Shown here piece by piece: positions 12,949-26,610 of a stretch of 64,000 nt of DNA (position 1 is its first letter; each line of letters opens with the position of its first letter). The DNA comes from Felis catus. Taxonomy: Eukaryota. The translations under genes and the position numbers were made by a program. The notes beneath the pieces are model-generated. The model searched no databases. It saw only the letters and a list, made by a program, of their open reading frames with translations, and was not told the DNA's origin. The stretch lies in contig NC_058368.1 in NCBI RefSeq assembly GCF_018350175.1, positions 99,636,001 to 99,700,000 on the forward strand, written 5' to 3'.

Positions 12949-14631
12949 TATACCTCTTTTTCTTGTTCTCTAACTATGGCATTTTCGTATGCACCTCCAT
13001 GCATACCTTAAGGCCTGGAGGTAAGATAGGTGTCAGTATTTTGTAATAATTTTCATCCTATTTTTCAAAATATACAGGTTTCTTTAAAGTTCTTGTCAAT
13101 AGACTTTACCCCTCTTCCCCCTATTCATTTCATGTCTAATTAATCTGTTGGATTTCAATCTGCCCCATGCCTTTATCACTCACACAATGGTATTTCCACA
13201 ACTACTTTTGTCAACATAAACTGGTAGAATGCCAAGGGCAAATAGACAAATACACAATTACAAAGATGTCAACACCCCATTTGTCAATAAATGAATGAAC
13301 AAGTAAACATAAGATCAGTAAAAATATAGTAGACATGAACAACAGTATCAATCAACTGAATCTAACTCACATTTATACAACAGTCAGAATACATTAATAC
13401 AATTAATAACAAAACATATATCAATATATCTGAAAGAAATGATGTCATTTGAAATACATTATCTGACCACAATGGAGTTAAGAAATTACAGAAAGATATC
13501 TGAAGAATTATAAGAAATATAAAATTAAAAAATCATACCCATAAACCACCCATGTAAAAAAAAACCTATAAAGTCTTGTGATCAAAAGGAAAATGGTCAC
13601 ACAATATATTAAATTTTGGCTAATGTATTTTAACTAGTACTTATAAAGAAAATCATGGCTCTAAGTGCTTATAACAGAGAAGAAAAATGGTGTCAAATCC
13701 ATTATCTTAGCTTCTATCATAAGAAACCTAATTAATTAATTAGTAAATCAAACCCAAAGTAAACAGAAGGAAATAAACAGAATGGAAATTGTAATGGAAT
13801 GGAAAGACAATACAACAACAAGAGAAAATTGACAGATCCAAAAGCTGGTTCTTTTAGAAGATCCCTAAAATGTACAAACCTCCAACCAGACTCATTAGGG
13901 GAAAAAGTAGCACTACTAATACCAGGAATGAAAGAGGTGATATCACTGAAGATATTACAGATATTAGAAGAATAAGAAGGAAATATTATGAACAAATTTA
14001 TGCTCATAAATTTGAGAGTTTAGATAAAAGGGATTGATTTCTTAATTGACATAAATTAGCAAAGCTCACTCAAGATTCAGTAGACAACCTGAATAACTCT
14101 CTATGTATTAAGAAAGTTAAATCTTTAATTAAAACCTTATGCTCTCTACTTCCCCAAATAAATCCTGGTCCAGATGACTTTACTGGTGAATCCTACCAAA
14201 TATTAAGGGAGAAATAATAACTGTGCTAAAGAAACTCTTACGGATAATTGAAGAGAAGGTAATAAATACTTCCCAGTTCATTCTGTGAGGTCAACATTTC
14301 CATGATATTAAAACCAGACAATAATTAATATAAAACTTCTAGCACAAATCTTTAGATAGATAGATAATAAAAATATATTAACAAAAATTATTAACAATAA
14401 AAATAATAATTAACAAAAATCTGTCAGGTCAAACATTTAATATATTAAAAAGGGTGTTACTTTATGACTAAATGAGGTATATTCCAGGAGAATACTTATT
14501 TAATATTAAAAACTAACCAATGTGATATATCATATTAACAAACTAAAAAAGAAAACTGTATGATCTCTCAAAAGATGCAGAATGTTTGTTAAAATCCAAC
14601 ATTTATTACTGATAAAAATTCACAGCAAAAT

Positions 14632-14805
14632 GTCAGTTAAGCATCCAATTTCAGCACAGGTCATGATCTTGTGGTTTTAAGTTCGAGCCTGGTGTGGGGC
14701 TTTGTGCTGATAGCTTGGAGCCTGGAGCCTGCTTCGGATATTGTGACCCCCCTCCCTCTCTCTCTCTCTCCCTCCCTCAAAAATAAACACATGAACAAAC
14801 AAACA
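14632..14805 (+). mobile_element. 5'-truncated Can-SINE
   Basis: TSD AATTCACAGCAAA at 14617-14629 and 14807-14819. Confidence 0.92.
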
Positions 14806-15299
14806 GAATTCACAGCAAACTAAAAAAGAGGTCAATTTCCTCAAATGGTTTAAAAGAACCTGTTAAACATCTATAGCTAACATCACATTTAATAATCAAG
14901 TCCAAATGTTTAATGCTCAAAAGCAGAAGAGATAACAAAGACTGCAATTATCAAATTTCCTAAAGCTTGTACTAGAGGAACTATCCAGAGTTCATACAAC
15001 ATAAGGAAATAAAGTGTATCTAGATTAGGGAAGAAGAAATAAAATTGCTATTACTCCTAGATCCATAGGCAAAATCCTACAGAACTACAAAATGCTACTA
15101 GAATTTAGGAAGTCATTTTAGCAACATTACAGGTTGCAAGTTTAATGCACAAAAAATAACTGTATTTCTAGATACTAGCCACAAGCAACTGAAAAGTGAA
15201 ATATAATAAAATAAAGTTTATAATAACTTCCAAAATTTGGGATACATAGGAATAATCTAGCAAAAGATAGGAAAGAATAATATACTGAAAACTACAAGA

Positions 15300-15438
15300 G
15301 GGGCTCCTGGGTGGCTCAGTCAGTTGAGTGTCCAGCTCTTGATTTCAGCTCAGGTCATGATCTCAGTTTCGGAGTTGTCTCTCTGCCCCTCCTTGCTCAT
15401 GCTGTCTCTCTCAAAAATAAACAAACATTAAAAAAAAA
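15300..15438 (+). mobile_element. Can-SINE with internal deletion
   Basis: Head joined directly to CT tail; TSD AAAACT(A/G)CAAGAG. Confidence 0.9.
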
Positions 15439-16689
15439 ACTGCAAGAGATTTCTGACAGAGTTAAACGTATCTAAAAGAAATGGAGAGATACACTGTATT
15501 CATGGGTCAGAAGACAGCATATTGTCAACATGTCAGTTCTCCCCAACTGATTCATAGATTCAACATGAGCCTAATTAAAATCTTAGCAGGGATTTTTGCA
15601 GAAATTAATGAACTGGTTCTAAAATTCATATGGAAATGTTAAGGATATAGAATAGGCAGAGTAGTTTTGAGAAACAATTTTAAAAGACAAATGCTTCATC
15701 TTTGAAGAAAAATGCTACTTGAAGACTTATTTTAAAGCTATAATATCGTGACAGTATAATATTGGAGTCAGGGTAGATGGTAGACACATATTTTAATGAG
15801 ACACAATAGAAAGTTCAGAAAAGACCCACCTATTAATGGGCAACTAATATTTGACCAAGATCCAAAGACAATACAGTGGTTGACAGGTAATTTTTGCAAC
15901 AAATTATGCTGTTACAATTGGATATCCATAAGCAGAAAGCGTGACTTTTAATGCATACTTCACACCACATGCTAAAATTAATTCAAAATGAATCTTGATG
16001 CCAAAAGGTAAAACTGAAAACCATCCAACTTTTAGAAGACAGTTTTGTGTTATACAAGGATTTCTTGGATATAACACCGATATTCTAGGCCATGAAAGTA
16101 AAACTGTGTTAGGTTTTAAGCAGTTCGACATGCCACATGACTCACCCTCACGCTTCCACACAAGTATTCTTAGAAACTTCAGTTTTAGTAGCCAAACCTG
16201 GAAACAACTCCTCTATTCTTCAACAAGTGAACGAATAAACAGTTGTAGAATAGTCACACGATGGATTAGTGAATACCATACAAGTTCATGAAATGTTGAC
16301 TCCAGAGTGTAGATGAATCTCAACTTCATCAAGAGGTGAGAGAAAAACTCTAATGTCATTTATATTAAATTTTAGAAAATATAAATACATAACAGACCAC
16401 AGGTAAGTGGGTGCCTGGAGACACAAGGAGGGAATGAGATTCAAACAGGAGGGAAAGGCCACAAAGGGGAACAAAACTCTTGGGGGTGATGGATAGGTTA
16501 ACTGATCACAGGGATGGATGGCTTCATGGTTGTAGACTTAGGTCAAAACTTTTCAAACAGTGCATTACATTTTAAATATGAGAAGTTTATTATACGTTGA
16601 TTTTACCTCAATTAATTTGTTGAAAATATACACAAAATAATTATCTGTCTTCTTTGATGCCAGATCTAGTGGTCACATCTGTGCCTTCA

Positions 16690-17560
16690 TTTTAAATGAC
16701 CAATCAGGAGCATTTGTTAGACAGGACTACTCTGTCCTTCTTATAAGTCTTACTTGCATTTTAACTCTCTTACCTTTTCTCTTTCCTCTCTGACTTCTCT
16801 TTACCAGTCTCTTTGCAAGCTGTATCATTTATGCTCAGACCGTCTCTGCTCCCCCATTCTACATTAGAACACTCTTTGCATTTAATGTTATTTAGCCCAA
16901 TGACTTAAAATGCCTTCTCAGTGCTAACTATCCCCAAATGCACACCTCCAGGCTCAATTCCTTTGAAATACTCTAGATGCATACATTTCTAAATGGATAT
17001 TGGTACTAGGCTTATTAAACATATCATGTTCAAGATGAAACTTGAACTTGATTTTAACCCCAACCTATTTTTTCCGTTTTTCACCATTTCAGTAAATGTC
17101 ACCACCACTCACTCCTTCTCCTTAAAGCCAAAATCATAGTTATTCTTCTTGATGTTGCCTTCCCTCCCACCTTCTATCCAATGTAAAAGAATGTCCTATT
17201 AGCTCTATCCCTAGCATATAAATGAATCCAACTATTTCTGTTCATTTTTACCATAAGCTTTTGTTAAAACTATTACCTCTGACTTACACTGTTGCAGTAG
17301 TTGTCTTACTCTCATATATTCGTTTTGCCACAGAGCAGAATGATCCTTAAAAATCATAAATGAGATTTTTGTTACTAGTGTACTTAAAACCCACCTATAG
17401 TTTCTTAATGCGCTTTAAAAAAAAAATTCCCAAATTTATGGCCTAAGTGGTTCAGCACAGTCCCAACTTTAACTCCCATCCTCCTCTCTCTTTTATCTCC
17501 TGGGACCCAGACACAGTGGCCTGCCTTCAATGCCTTAATCACACGGTACTTGGTAAGGGC
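16690..17560 (+). mobile_element. L2 (LINE-2) fragment
   Basis: Pyrimidine-rich; TTTCAGTAAATGTCACCACCACTCAC...AAGCCAAAATCATAGTTATTCTTCTTGA and TGATCCTTAAAAATCATAAAT are L2-like. Confidence 0.75.
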
Positions 17561-18419
17561 TACAGTTAGGATTAGTTGGTTAAGGGGAAGGAAACAGAAA
17601 CCAAAATATTCAGTTCATGCCTTAGCTTGCCACTTAACTGCTTGTGGGATCATGGTCAGAACTTAGACAGCTCTAAGTACTTTAAAGACCAACATGGAAA
17701 TATTAATTGAATGAGCAAAAAGCAGAGAAGACAGATACTGATAAGAGGTAGCTGTATTTGTCCCATCTTGTCTCCTTGTCCAGATTTTTCTCACAAAGAG
17801 CACATTCCTAAGTGACTTAAATTTTTAAATGGCATAACCACTTAATGTTAATTTTATTAAAATTATAGAAAGCATATATCTTTAAATTTTCAATAGAGCT
17901 ATAGTCTTCATAGTAAGGCGTCCATGGGTTCCCATTGTAGTTTACTTCAGTTCACCAAAAAATCACTTTGACAAACTGAGTGCCTGAATGTGAAAGACGT
18001 AATGTTTTAAGTCTGAATGATCATGAGTACAGTTTTTCCAACCTAACAACAGCTCAGAAACAGAAGATAAGCTTGAGTAAAGGCTTGTAAGCAAATCCAC
18101 CATGCTGTGCTGAGTAGAATTGCCTCGCTTCAGACAGGAGTTAAGTTCAGCATGCAAGAGTTTCCAAGAAGTCATTAGTTCTGAACTGCCCAAGTAAAAT
18201 CATCCAGTTTTTCATCCAGGTTTCCATACAAATTTGTAACTCATGTGTCTAGACCATTTACCCATTAAAAAAAATAAAATGTTTCCCTGGCCCTGTAGAC
18301 TGTGAATTACTCAAGAATACAAACCCTATTTCTGTAGAACAAAAGACACCTTCTCTTCACTTTCTAGTTGCTTGACTTGTGTTATTAACTCTAAGTAGCA
18401 TGTCTCCTGTTTTTTTTTT

Positions 18420-18660
18420 TTTTACAAAATTACTTTTTTATTTTATTTTTTTATTTTTAAAGTTTATTTATTTTGAGACAGAGATAGCATGAGTGGGGAA
18501 GGGGTAGAGAGAGAAAGAGAGTGAGAGAGCATTTCAAGCAGGCTCCATGCTACCAACACAGAGCCCAATGTGGGGCTCCAACTCATGAAACCATGAGATC
18601 ATGACCTGAGCTAAAAACCAAGACTGAGACGTTTAACCAACTGAACCATCCAGGCACTCC
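18420..18660 (-). mobile_element. Can-SINE
   Basis: Poly-T tail, body, ...CTGAACCATCCAGGCACTCC. Confidence 0.93.
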
Positions 18661-18835
18661 TATTTTTTTTAAAGAGAGAAAGAGAAAGTGAGTGGGGGAG
18701 ATGGGCAGATGGGGGAGAGAGAGAGGGCCAGAGCCTGGTGAAGGGCTCAATCCCATGACCCTGGGATCAGAACATGAGCTAAAATCAAAAGCAAGAGGTC
18801 CGATGCTCAACAAGCTGAGCCACCAAGAAACCCCA
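18661..18835 (-). mobile_element. Can-SINE (older, diverged)
   Basis: GGGCTCAATCCCATGACCCTGGGATC...CTGAGCCACCAAGAAACCCC. Confidence 0.85.
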
Positions 18836-18869
18836 GACCAACTTATTCTTAAACACTGTTTAATAATCT

Positions 18870-19080
18870 TTTTTTAATTATTTTTTTAGTTTATTTATTT
18901 ATTTTGAGAGAAACAGCACAAGCAGGGAGGGAAGGGAGTGAGGGAGAGAGAATCCCAAGCTGGCTCCTCACTGCCAGCACAGCACCAGACGTGGGGCTTG
19001 AACCCACCTAACCATGAAATCATGACCTGAGCCAAAACCTAGATACAGATGCTTAACCAACTGAGCTACCCAGGCACCCC
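18870..19080 (-). mobile_element. Can-SINE
   Basis: Full SINE; TSD AATAATCTT. Confidence 0.93.
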
Positions 19081-20724
19081 AATAATCTTATTTAAAGAAT
19101 GATGTTTGATATATAGGATGCATTTGATCAATTTGCTGATTAATTTGCATTAAAATATTGGTGGTAATTTCTTTTAGTGGTAGAGTCAGGGTTTAAAAGT
19201 CCAGGAGACAAAAACAAACAAACAAAAAAACAAACAAACAGAATCTCTCTCCTAGCTCCAGGTGCATTCAGTAGCAGAGCCCAAAAACAATTATGATTTT
19301 CAAGAAGGTGCAACTGATAAAACTCTTTCAGAATGTGTTCTCTCATCAGATGAGTTTATTTTTCAACTTATGTGCATTTAATGCTGAGGTGCAAAGTGCT
19401 TAGTGTTCCTACAAAGGAGGAAGATATAACAAAAGAGGAACCCCTCTCTAAAGAAAAAGGAGAAATCCCATTATTTTGGCCTGAGGGTATATAGAAAGAA
19501 GAGGGGACAGACCATAGAAGAGCAGATCAGCAGTTCAATGAAATTATGAAGGAACATGAGAACATCAGGGTGAGTAACACAATCCCCAAGGTGTATCCTG
19601 GGTGAAGCTTTAAGATCGTGGGAGGGGAGTGACATTTGATTTATTCCCCAATCCAATTTGAAGTTAGAGTACCAGGATGACACAGATAGAAGAGGGTGAC
19701 AAGAGATAAGAAAGAGACAAATTTTGTGGCTTCCTGGGCCTGCATTTAGTTCTAGGGCTTCCAGTAGGTTCCACATGCCACAGGGAATTGACATAAAACT
19801 GTTAAGAGAACAAGTAGAACAGCCAAGTTTTGAGACTGAATCATGAATGTATCATGAATGACCTCTTTACAACAGGAGGCAACTGGTGTGGACTACAAAC
19901 TTCAACCATCAAAGTGTGCAAAATCCCAGATAAGAGCCAGGTGATCTTTTGGGGCAGTAGTACAGTGTATGGGGCAGACCAACCAGCATGGATCAGAACA
20001 CATTAAAAACCAGAAAAGAGCTTGACCATCCGAAGACCCAAACCCATCTCCTTTAGCAAGTAAGTTCCTTTCAGTAGAAGAAAGGGACAGGATGAGGAAA
20101 TTTGCCCCCCCCCCCAAGACTGAGTCTAACAACGGGTAATAATGAAATGGAAATTGAACAAGTTTTATCTGTCTTATCACTTTCCCCATATCCCACATGT
20201 TTCTAGCAACCATACTGCATATTAAATCAGTTCTAGAAAATGAAATGCACATAAGAGCTTCTCTGGGATTCTTTAAAATCTCTGCACTGTTTATTCCAAC
20301 CTTGAAGTAAGAGAGCTAAGCATCCTAAGGCCCCAGATGTGACCTTGTGACACCAAATGTTCAGAGTCAAAGAGAAAATAAGAGGCAAGTAAGGGAGAGA
20401 GACAGAGAGAGAAATTGGGACATTTTCTGTCAAGTCCTCTTTGTAGACAGTGAATTTGAAAGTCCTCAATTCAATTCCAGTTGCAAAAGCTCTGTCCATT
20501 AAAGGGGTCCTTATGCTGCATCTGAGTGTACTTTTGTTTTGTAGGACAAAATTCTACAATCAGTCCAGAAACAGAACCCAGAGCCAAAAATGCAAATACT
20601 AAGTCAGACTGAAAACTTTCTGTCAAACCTGAAAATAGACCATGGGACTTGTGCAAAACTAACCCAGCATATACTCGTTGCTTCTGAAGCCAGAAGCTAA
20701 GACCAGAGACTGGACAAGAACTTC

Positions 20725-20885
20725 AAGTGCTCTTAATCTTCATATGCAAAGGAATCATCTTGTGAACCTTTACAAAAATCAGCCTCCCAGATATTATGAG
20801 TCAACTGATCTGGATGTGTCCCTTGCCACCTCTTCCTGAAAAACTTCGTAGATGATTTTAATGTGTAGCCAAAGTTGACAGGTTC
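20725..20885. mobile_element. MER5-like hAT-Charlie DNA transposon remnant
   Basis: GAATCATCTTGTGAACCTTTAC...GATGATTTTAATGTGTAGCCAAAGTTGA resembles MER5A1/B. Confidence 0.55.
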
Positions 20886-22566
20886 TCATCTGAATTCTGG
20901 GGGAAATGGGTTATGGTAAAATTTGGGTTTGGGGTTGCGAAGCCACACTTCCTTCTGTCTTTGAGCAATGATAGCTGTTGGATACAGCATAATGCTAGAG
21001 TCTGAGACTTTTTTTCACGCAGTAAATGTTTTTATCCACTTAGGTGGCTGGGCAAAGTGTTTTTGACCCAATACCTAAAAGGCAATTTTCCTAGAGATGA
21101 GCCCCAGTGTTAAACGGTGATCATTCCACCTATTATCCAGGCTTAACCAAGACACATCTTTAAAGAAAAGCTAGGGATTCAGAACTGAGAAGTTTGGAAC
21201 CTGTAGAAATTCCAGTTTCTTTCTTAAAAGTAAGGGAATACCTAGGTGACAATCAATATTCTCCAATAACATAAGGGATTTCTCTAAGCAATAACAATTT
21301 ATAAAAGAAATACTATTTTATAAACACTCTTTTCCCTACAGTTGCCCTCTTATTATCAGACCATTATTTTCTTCCTATTCCTAAAAGGCATTAAGGTAAA
21401 GCAAAGAAACTGTGTCATTGGAAAGAAAAAGGGTATTACATAGAGGAAGTTCCTGAGAAGAATAAGAAGTCTAATTCATAACCTTAGGAGTATGGAAAAG
21501 TAATAAGATACGAATGAAAAATTGAAGAATTTAGTTGCTACAGGGTTTTCTATGCTTCTGTGCTCTCTATCTGCCTTAAGGCTGAACCTTGAAGTGTGGA
21601 TAATGGAAGAAAGCAAATAAGTAAGAAGATACTTTGGGTTCTAGCCTACTTCCCTAGGGATAATAAGGGTAAGAGTTAGGCTTCTAACAGAAGCTTCACA
21701 TTTATTGTGAAACCATTTCCCAGGATGTACAAGATATGTGCCTCAGCCTCATCAGAAGGAAGTGACTACGTAACCTTGAGAAGTGGTAAAGATTATCTAA
21801 AATTTCTTGTCCTGAGACGGTGTAAAGATTATCTAAAATTTCTCCCTTTCTTTAGTTGGGGGAGGATACAGGCAGTTATTGACTGCATGGGTAAACCAAT
21901 GGAAGACTGAGATCAGGGCAAAGAGTTTGCAGAGTGCAGGGACTTCCTGACTGGAAGTACATAGGGAGACATGTACTTCAGTGTTAAAGTATGTGGATCT
22001 AAGAGCCTTCTCCCTTTAGCTGAAACATGTGTCCATACCATCTCACTCCAGTTGCCCTCTTATGGAGGAGTAAATAGTGGAAGAGGATCGAAGGACATCT
22101 CAATAAGCTTTTTCCTTCAGTACACTGAATAATTCAAAAAAGACCATCTAATGGGAGAGACTCAGGGACCATTAATTGGTCAATGGAAAGCTGTTTCTGT
22201 TATTGTTTCCTCAAACATAGACAGCTTATGAGGAAGAACCTAAGTAAGAAATTAAAAGCTACGACTTCTTTGTGACATTTTTGTGTGTGTGTGTCAATTT
22301 TGGATTTATCCACATGATTAAAGGTCTAATCTCAAATAAAACTTAACAGAAAAGGATCTCTGTCATGTGACAGGTTTCTCTCTGCTTTTAAACACAGCTG
22401 CTGCCCACTCAGATTCTGAAGGTCTGGGGCAATGCTTTATCTTTGTCAGAAAATAAAAAAAAAAAAAAAAGGCCCCATTACAAAAATAGGCAAAGGATGG
22501 GATAGTAACATGATCAATTTACATAGAACTTTATACCATGAAGGAAAATGTCACATTCTTTCTAGG

Positions 22567-22783
22567 TTTTTTTAAAACGTTTATTTATTTGAGCGAGTGA
22601 GAGAGAGAGAGAGAGAGACAGCGAGAGCGAGCACATGAGCAAGGAAGGGGCAGAGAGAGAGGTGGAGACTATCCCAAGCAGGATCCACACTCAGCACAGA
22701 GCCCGATCCCACGAACTGTGAGATCATAACCTGAGCCAAAATCGAGAGTCAGATGCTCAACCAACGGAGCCACTCAGGCCCCC
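22567..22783 (-). mobile_element. Can-SINE
   Basis: (GA)n tract and SINE body; TSD-like TCACATTCTT. Confidence 0.93.
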
Positions 22784-23393
22784 ATAAGTTTCACATTCTT
22801 ATGTACAATAGATATGTAATTATCAGCTTTGGTCTAGTCATCATTATTTTAATTTTTCTCTATACTAAATTATTCATTTAATAAAATCATGTAGAACCTC
22901 TGTAATGTAAATGGCATTTTTGAAAAAAAAAATCCTCTCATTTCTTTCAACACAAGGTAACTGGATCCTCCAGAGTGTTACAAAAACTCTACAGGGCAGG
23001 AACTTTCAACACAAGTGATCAGAAAGCCAGGACCATTGTCACTGATCCTCTTACTTCAGGAATGGGTAACTTGATGTGCTGGTGCGCCAGTAATTCTAAA
23101 AATATACTCTTGTCAGACATCACATCTGTCAGTTTAGTTCCCCAAGTCTTGAGAGCAGCATTGACTAGACTGAGGCAAAGCTCCTATTATTTTTCCAACA
23201 CCTCATCTCCCATTATAGAAATGCTAAGGAAAATCTTCATGTCATGCCAGACAACTCCTGAAACCCCATATACTTATATTTCTTTTATGCCTTTACAGGA
23301 AAAGCAGATACCTTTAGTACTTCTGTGTAAGTCTTCCCAGAAATAAGAAAAAAATCATATTTAATACGTTAAAAATGCCTTGTCAGGGTTTTG

Positions 23394-23397
<4 letters not shown>

Positions 23398-23424
<27 letters not shown>
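23398..23424. repeat. T27 homopolymer
   Basis: Direct count. Confidence 0.9.
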
Positions 23425-23841
23425 GGTAAGAATCACCATTTCTTGCTGAGGACAAAACCCATATGGATACAATCTCAACCCAAACACTGCCTAATAAGCC
23501 AGAATCTCAGAGATTAAGGGCTATATATGTAGAGTCTTTTCTGTGGTCCATGGCAAAAAACTACTGTGGGAAGAATTGCAAAGGCAATAAAGGCAGAGAA
23601 AATCTAATCAATGACTCTTTACAAATAAATAAAAATTTCAATATTCAATCAAAAACTCAAGGAATCATCTATCCCAGAGAGAAGGTACAATCACTAATTT
23701 TGTAAATATATTGAAACTTATCTTAAAATGTCTTTTTAAAAATCATCTATTAAAGATACAAGAAGCATGCCTAAGTTTAAAAGACTGTAAATCAAATAGG
23801 ACCAATTAGATGCAAACATATAGTTACTTGCACATAGGAAT

Positions 23842-24362
23842 TGTATTAATATTCTCCAAAGAAATAGAACCAATATATCTTCATACATACACACAAATAC
23901 ATATACATGCACATACACATATACATATACACAGAGATTTATTATAGAAGCCGGGCCACAATTATGGAGGTTGGCAATTCCCAAGATCTAAGATCTGCAG
24001 AGTAAGGTGGCAAGCAGTAAACCTAGGAGAACCTGAAGGCTAGCTTCCTTGAGACCTAGGAAGAGCCAATGCTCCAGTGAGAATCTGAAGGCAGGAAAAA
24101 AAAAAAAAGAAAGAAAGAAAAAGTCCCACTTCAAAAGCAGTCAGGCAGGAAGAATTCTCTCTTATTTAAAGGAGGGTCAGTCTTTTTGTTCTATCTTGGC
24201 CTTCAACTAATTTGATGAGGCCCACCCACATTCAAGACAGCAACAGCTGTGGTCAACTGATTTTAATGTTAATCTCATCTAAAAATGACCAGATTAATGT
24301 TAGACCAAATAGCTGTACACCCAATGGCCCAGTCAAGGTGACACATAAAATGAACCAATTAC
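23842..24362 (-). mobile_element. MLT2-type ERVL solo LTR
   Basis: TGTATTA...TTCTCCAAAGAAATAGAACCAATA, TGATGAGGCCCACCCACATT, GGCCCAGTCAAGGTGACACATAAAATGAACCA. Confidence 0.85.
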
Positions 24363-26369
24363 TTAATCCAATAACAATTGTTTGAGTCAACTCAGTAACT
24401 GTTTACTGATGAAAAAATTAAGTAGGTAGAGCAGTTAAATACATTGATTTCCTTTAAGAAATACATGTAAATGGGTTGTAACCTGAATATCCTTATATGA
24501 ATAGTTCATTGTAAATTATAAGAATGGTCTTTATTTATATATATTAAGATATTAAGGGGCTCAGGTTCAAGATGGCAATGTAGAAAGATCTGGAGCTCAC
24601 TTCCTCCCATGGGCACTGACTCTACAGCTTTATAAGAAAAATGTCCTCTGAAAAAAATTGAAAGTCTGCCTGAGCAATCACCACACAAAGAACAGCTGAG
24701 AATAAAACCACATCAAATTGTGTAGGAGAGGCTGGAAAACATAATCTCACCATATACCTCCCCCCTGGCATGGTGACCAACAATCAGGAGGGGTCTAAAC
24801 TGAGAGTTTCTTCCTGAGGAGGGAAGAGTTTGAAGTCCACATCAGGCACCTCAAAATTTAGGACCTATACCTGAGAGACAAGCCCCTACAACATCTAGCT
24901 TTGAAAAATAGCGGGGCTCTTGTCCACAAGACCCACAACACTGTAGTGATCTGGGAAATGGCTCCCAGAAGGCTCATGCACTCATGCCCTCCCAGTGTTG
25001 GGCCTGGCACAAAGGAACCTGATTGTAGTTAGACTTTAACTGAGAGGCTTGTTTGAATATGCGGGGTAGGCATCTAACACACACATCTGTCAGAGCCAGC
25101 AGGAATATTTTCTGGGGATAGACATTAGTGGGTACCATATTTGGGCTCTCCCTCTGCTTTACTCTTATTAGCAGGGCCATCTTTTTCTTTTTGCAGTGGG
25201 CACCATCTTTATACCCCCCCCCCTGCCATGTTCTAGAGCACCAGTATCTCTTGGAAGGGATTTTTTATGCATGTCTGGTGCCCTGAATTTTATGGCTATC
25301 ACCCAGGGACACCATTGATTACCAGGCTCACGTGGTCCATAAAGCCTGTGTTCCTGGGTCCCATGGGACTATCATATTCGGAGGGATGGTTTCTGGCAGG
25401 TTACCACCAATAGGGCAATGAACGCACAGACACCTAAAACACGCCCTCAGTCATTTGGTAAAAGACTATTCAGTTGTCCAGGAGCTTTGGCCTGGGGGAC
25501 AAACTTATGGTTTGATGCACATCTAGTGAGCCACATAAATAATTTTAGGGAACAGAGGCCAGTGGACACAATCTCTGTGCTCTCCTTCTGTCTCACTCCA
25601 GCCTGCTGATGTCACCCAGAAAGACAGAAAATAAGACACACCCCAAGAGAGCCACACCAGACACCTATCAAATAACCAAGAATACTCTACCTAAGCACAG
25701 TTATCCAGAATTGAAAGAGAAATACAGTTTTCAAGACAAGGAAAAACTCGAGAAATTCATCAGATTTCTTTAAACTGAAAAGAAAGGGTATTCGTTAATA
25801 ACCATAACAACAACAACAACACAAAAAAAGAAAAGGATAAATCTCACTGGCTCATGAGAGAGGTAAATGTCTAGTAACAGTAGTGGATTAATCACATTAT
25901 AAAGACAGTATGAAGGAAAAATACTGAAATAGCAAACATAACTGTAACTACAATCATTAGCGAAGGGATCCAAAAGATAAAACAATGTAAAATGTGACAT
26001 GAAAAACATAACACGAAGGTGGGGGAAGTAAAAATGTAGGCCTTTAGAATACGATCCAACTTAAGTTGTCATCACCTTATAACAAAGTTTTATTTTGTAT
26101 GTAAGCCTGATGGTAACCACAAAGCACAATCCTACAGTAGACACACAAGAGATGGAGGAAAAGCAATCGAAGCAGGCCACTCAAGAGTCATCCAACCACA
26201 TGGAAGAGACCAAGAAGAAATGAAGAGCAGAGCACAAAACAGCCAGAAAACTCTTCACAAATTGTAGTAAGTACACACCCATTAATAATTATTGAAATGC
26301 AAATGGACAAAATTCTCTAGTGAAAACACAGAGAGTGGCTGAGACTGTTTAAAAAACAACAAAAACATT

Positions 26370-26610
26370 GGGGCGCCTGGGTGGCGCAGTCGGTTAAGCG
26401 TCCGACTTCAGCCAGGTCACGATCTCGCGGTCCGTGAGTTCGAGCCCCGCGTCGGGCTCTGGGCTGATGGCTCAGAGCCTGGAGCCTGTTTCCGATTCTG
26501 TGTCTTCCTCTCTCTCTGCCCCTCGCCTGTTCATGCTCTGTCTCTCTCTGTCCCAAAAATAAATAAACGTTGAAAAAAAAAATTTAAAAAAGTAAATAAA
26601 TAAATAAAAA
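26370..26610 (+). mobile_element. Very young felid SINEC_Fc-type Can-SINE
   Basis: GGGGCGCCTGGGTGGCGCAGTCGGTTAAGCGTCCGACTTCAGCCAGGTCACGATCTCGCGG; CpGs intact; 17-bp TSD. Confidence 0.96.

Larger units (their letters stand above)
13220..16625 (+). mobile_element. Old L1M (L1MC/ME-like) ORF2 plus 3'UTR, heavily decayed
   Basis: CCAGATGACTTTACTGGTGAATCCTACCAAA, ATTCATGGGTCAGAAGAC, 3' end TTTTACCTCAATTAA. Confidence 0.85.

Noticed and set aside
22975..23346. 123-aa ORF in non-repeat sequence
   Set aside because: Non-ATG (GTG) start, no recognisable domain, no convincing splice sites
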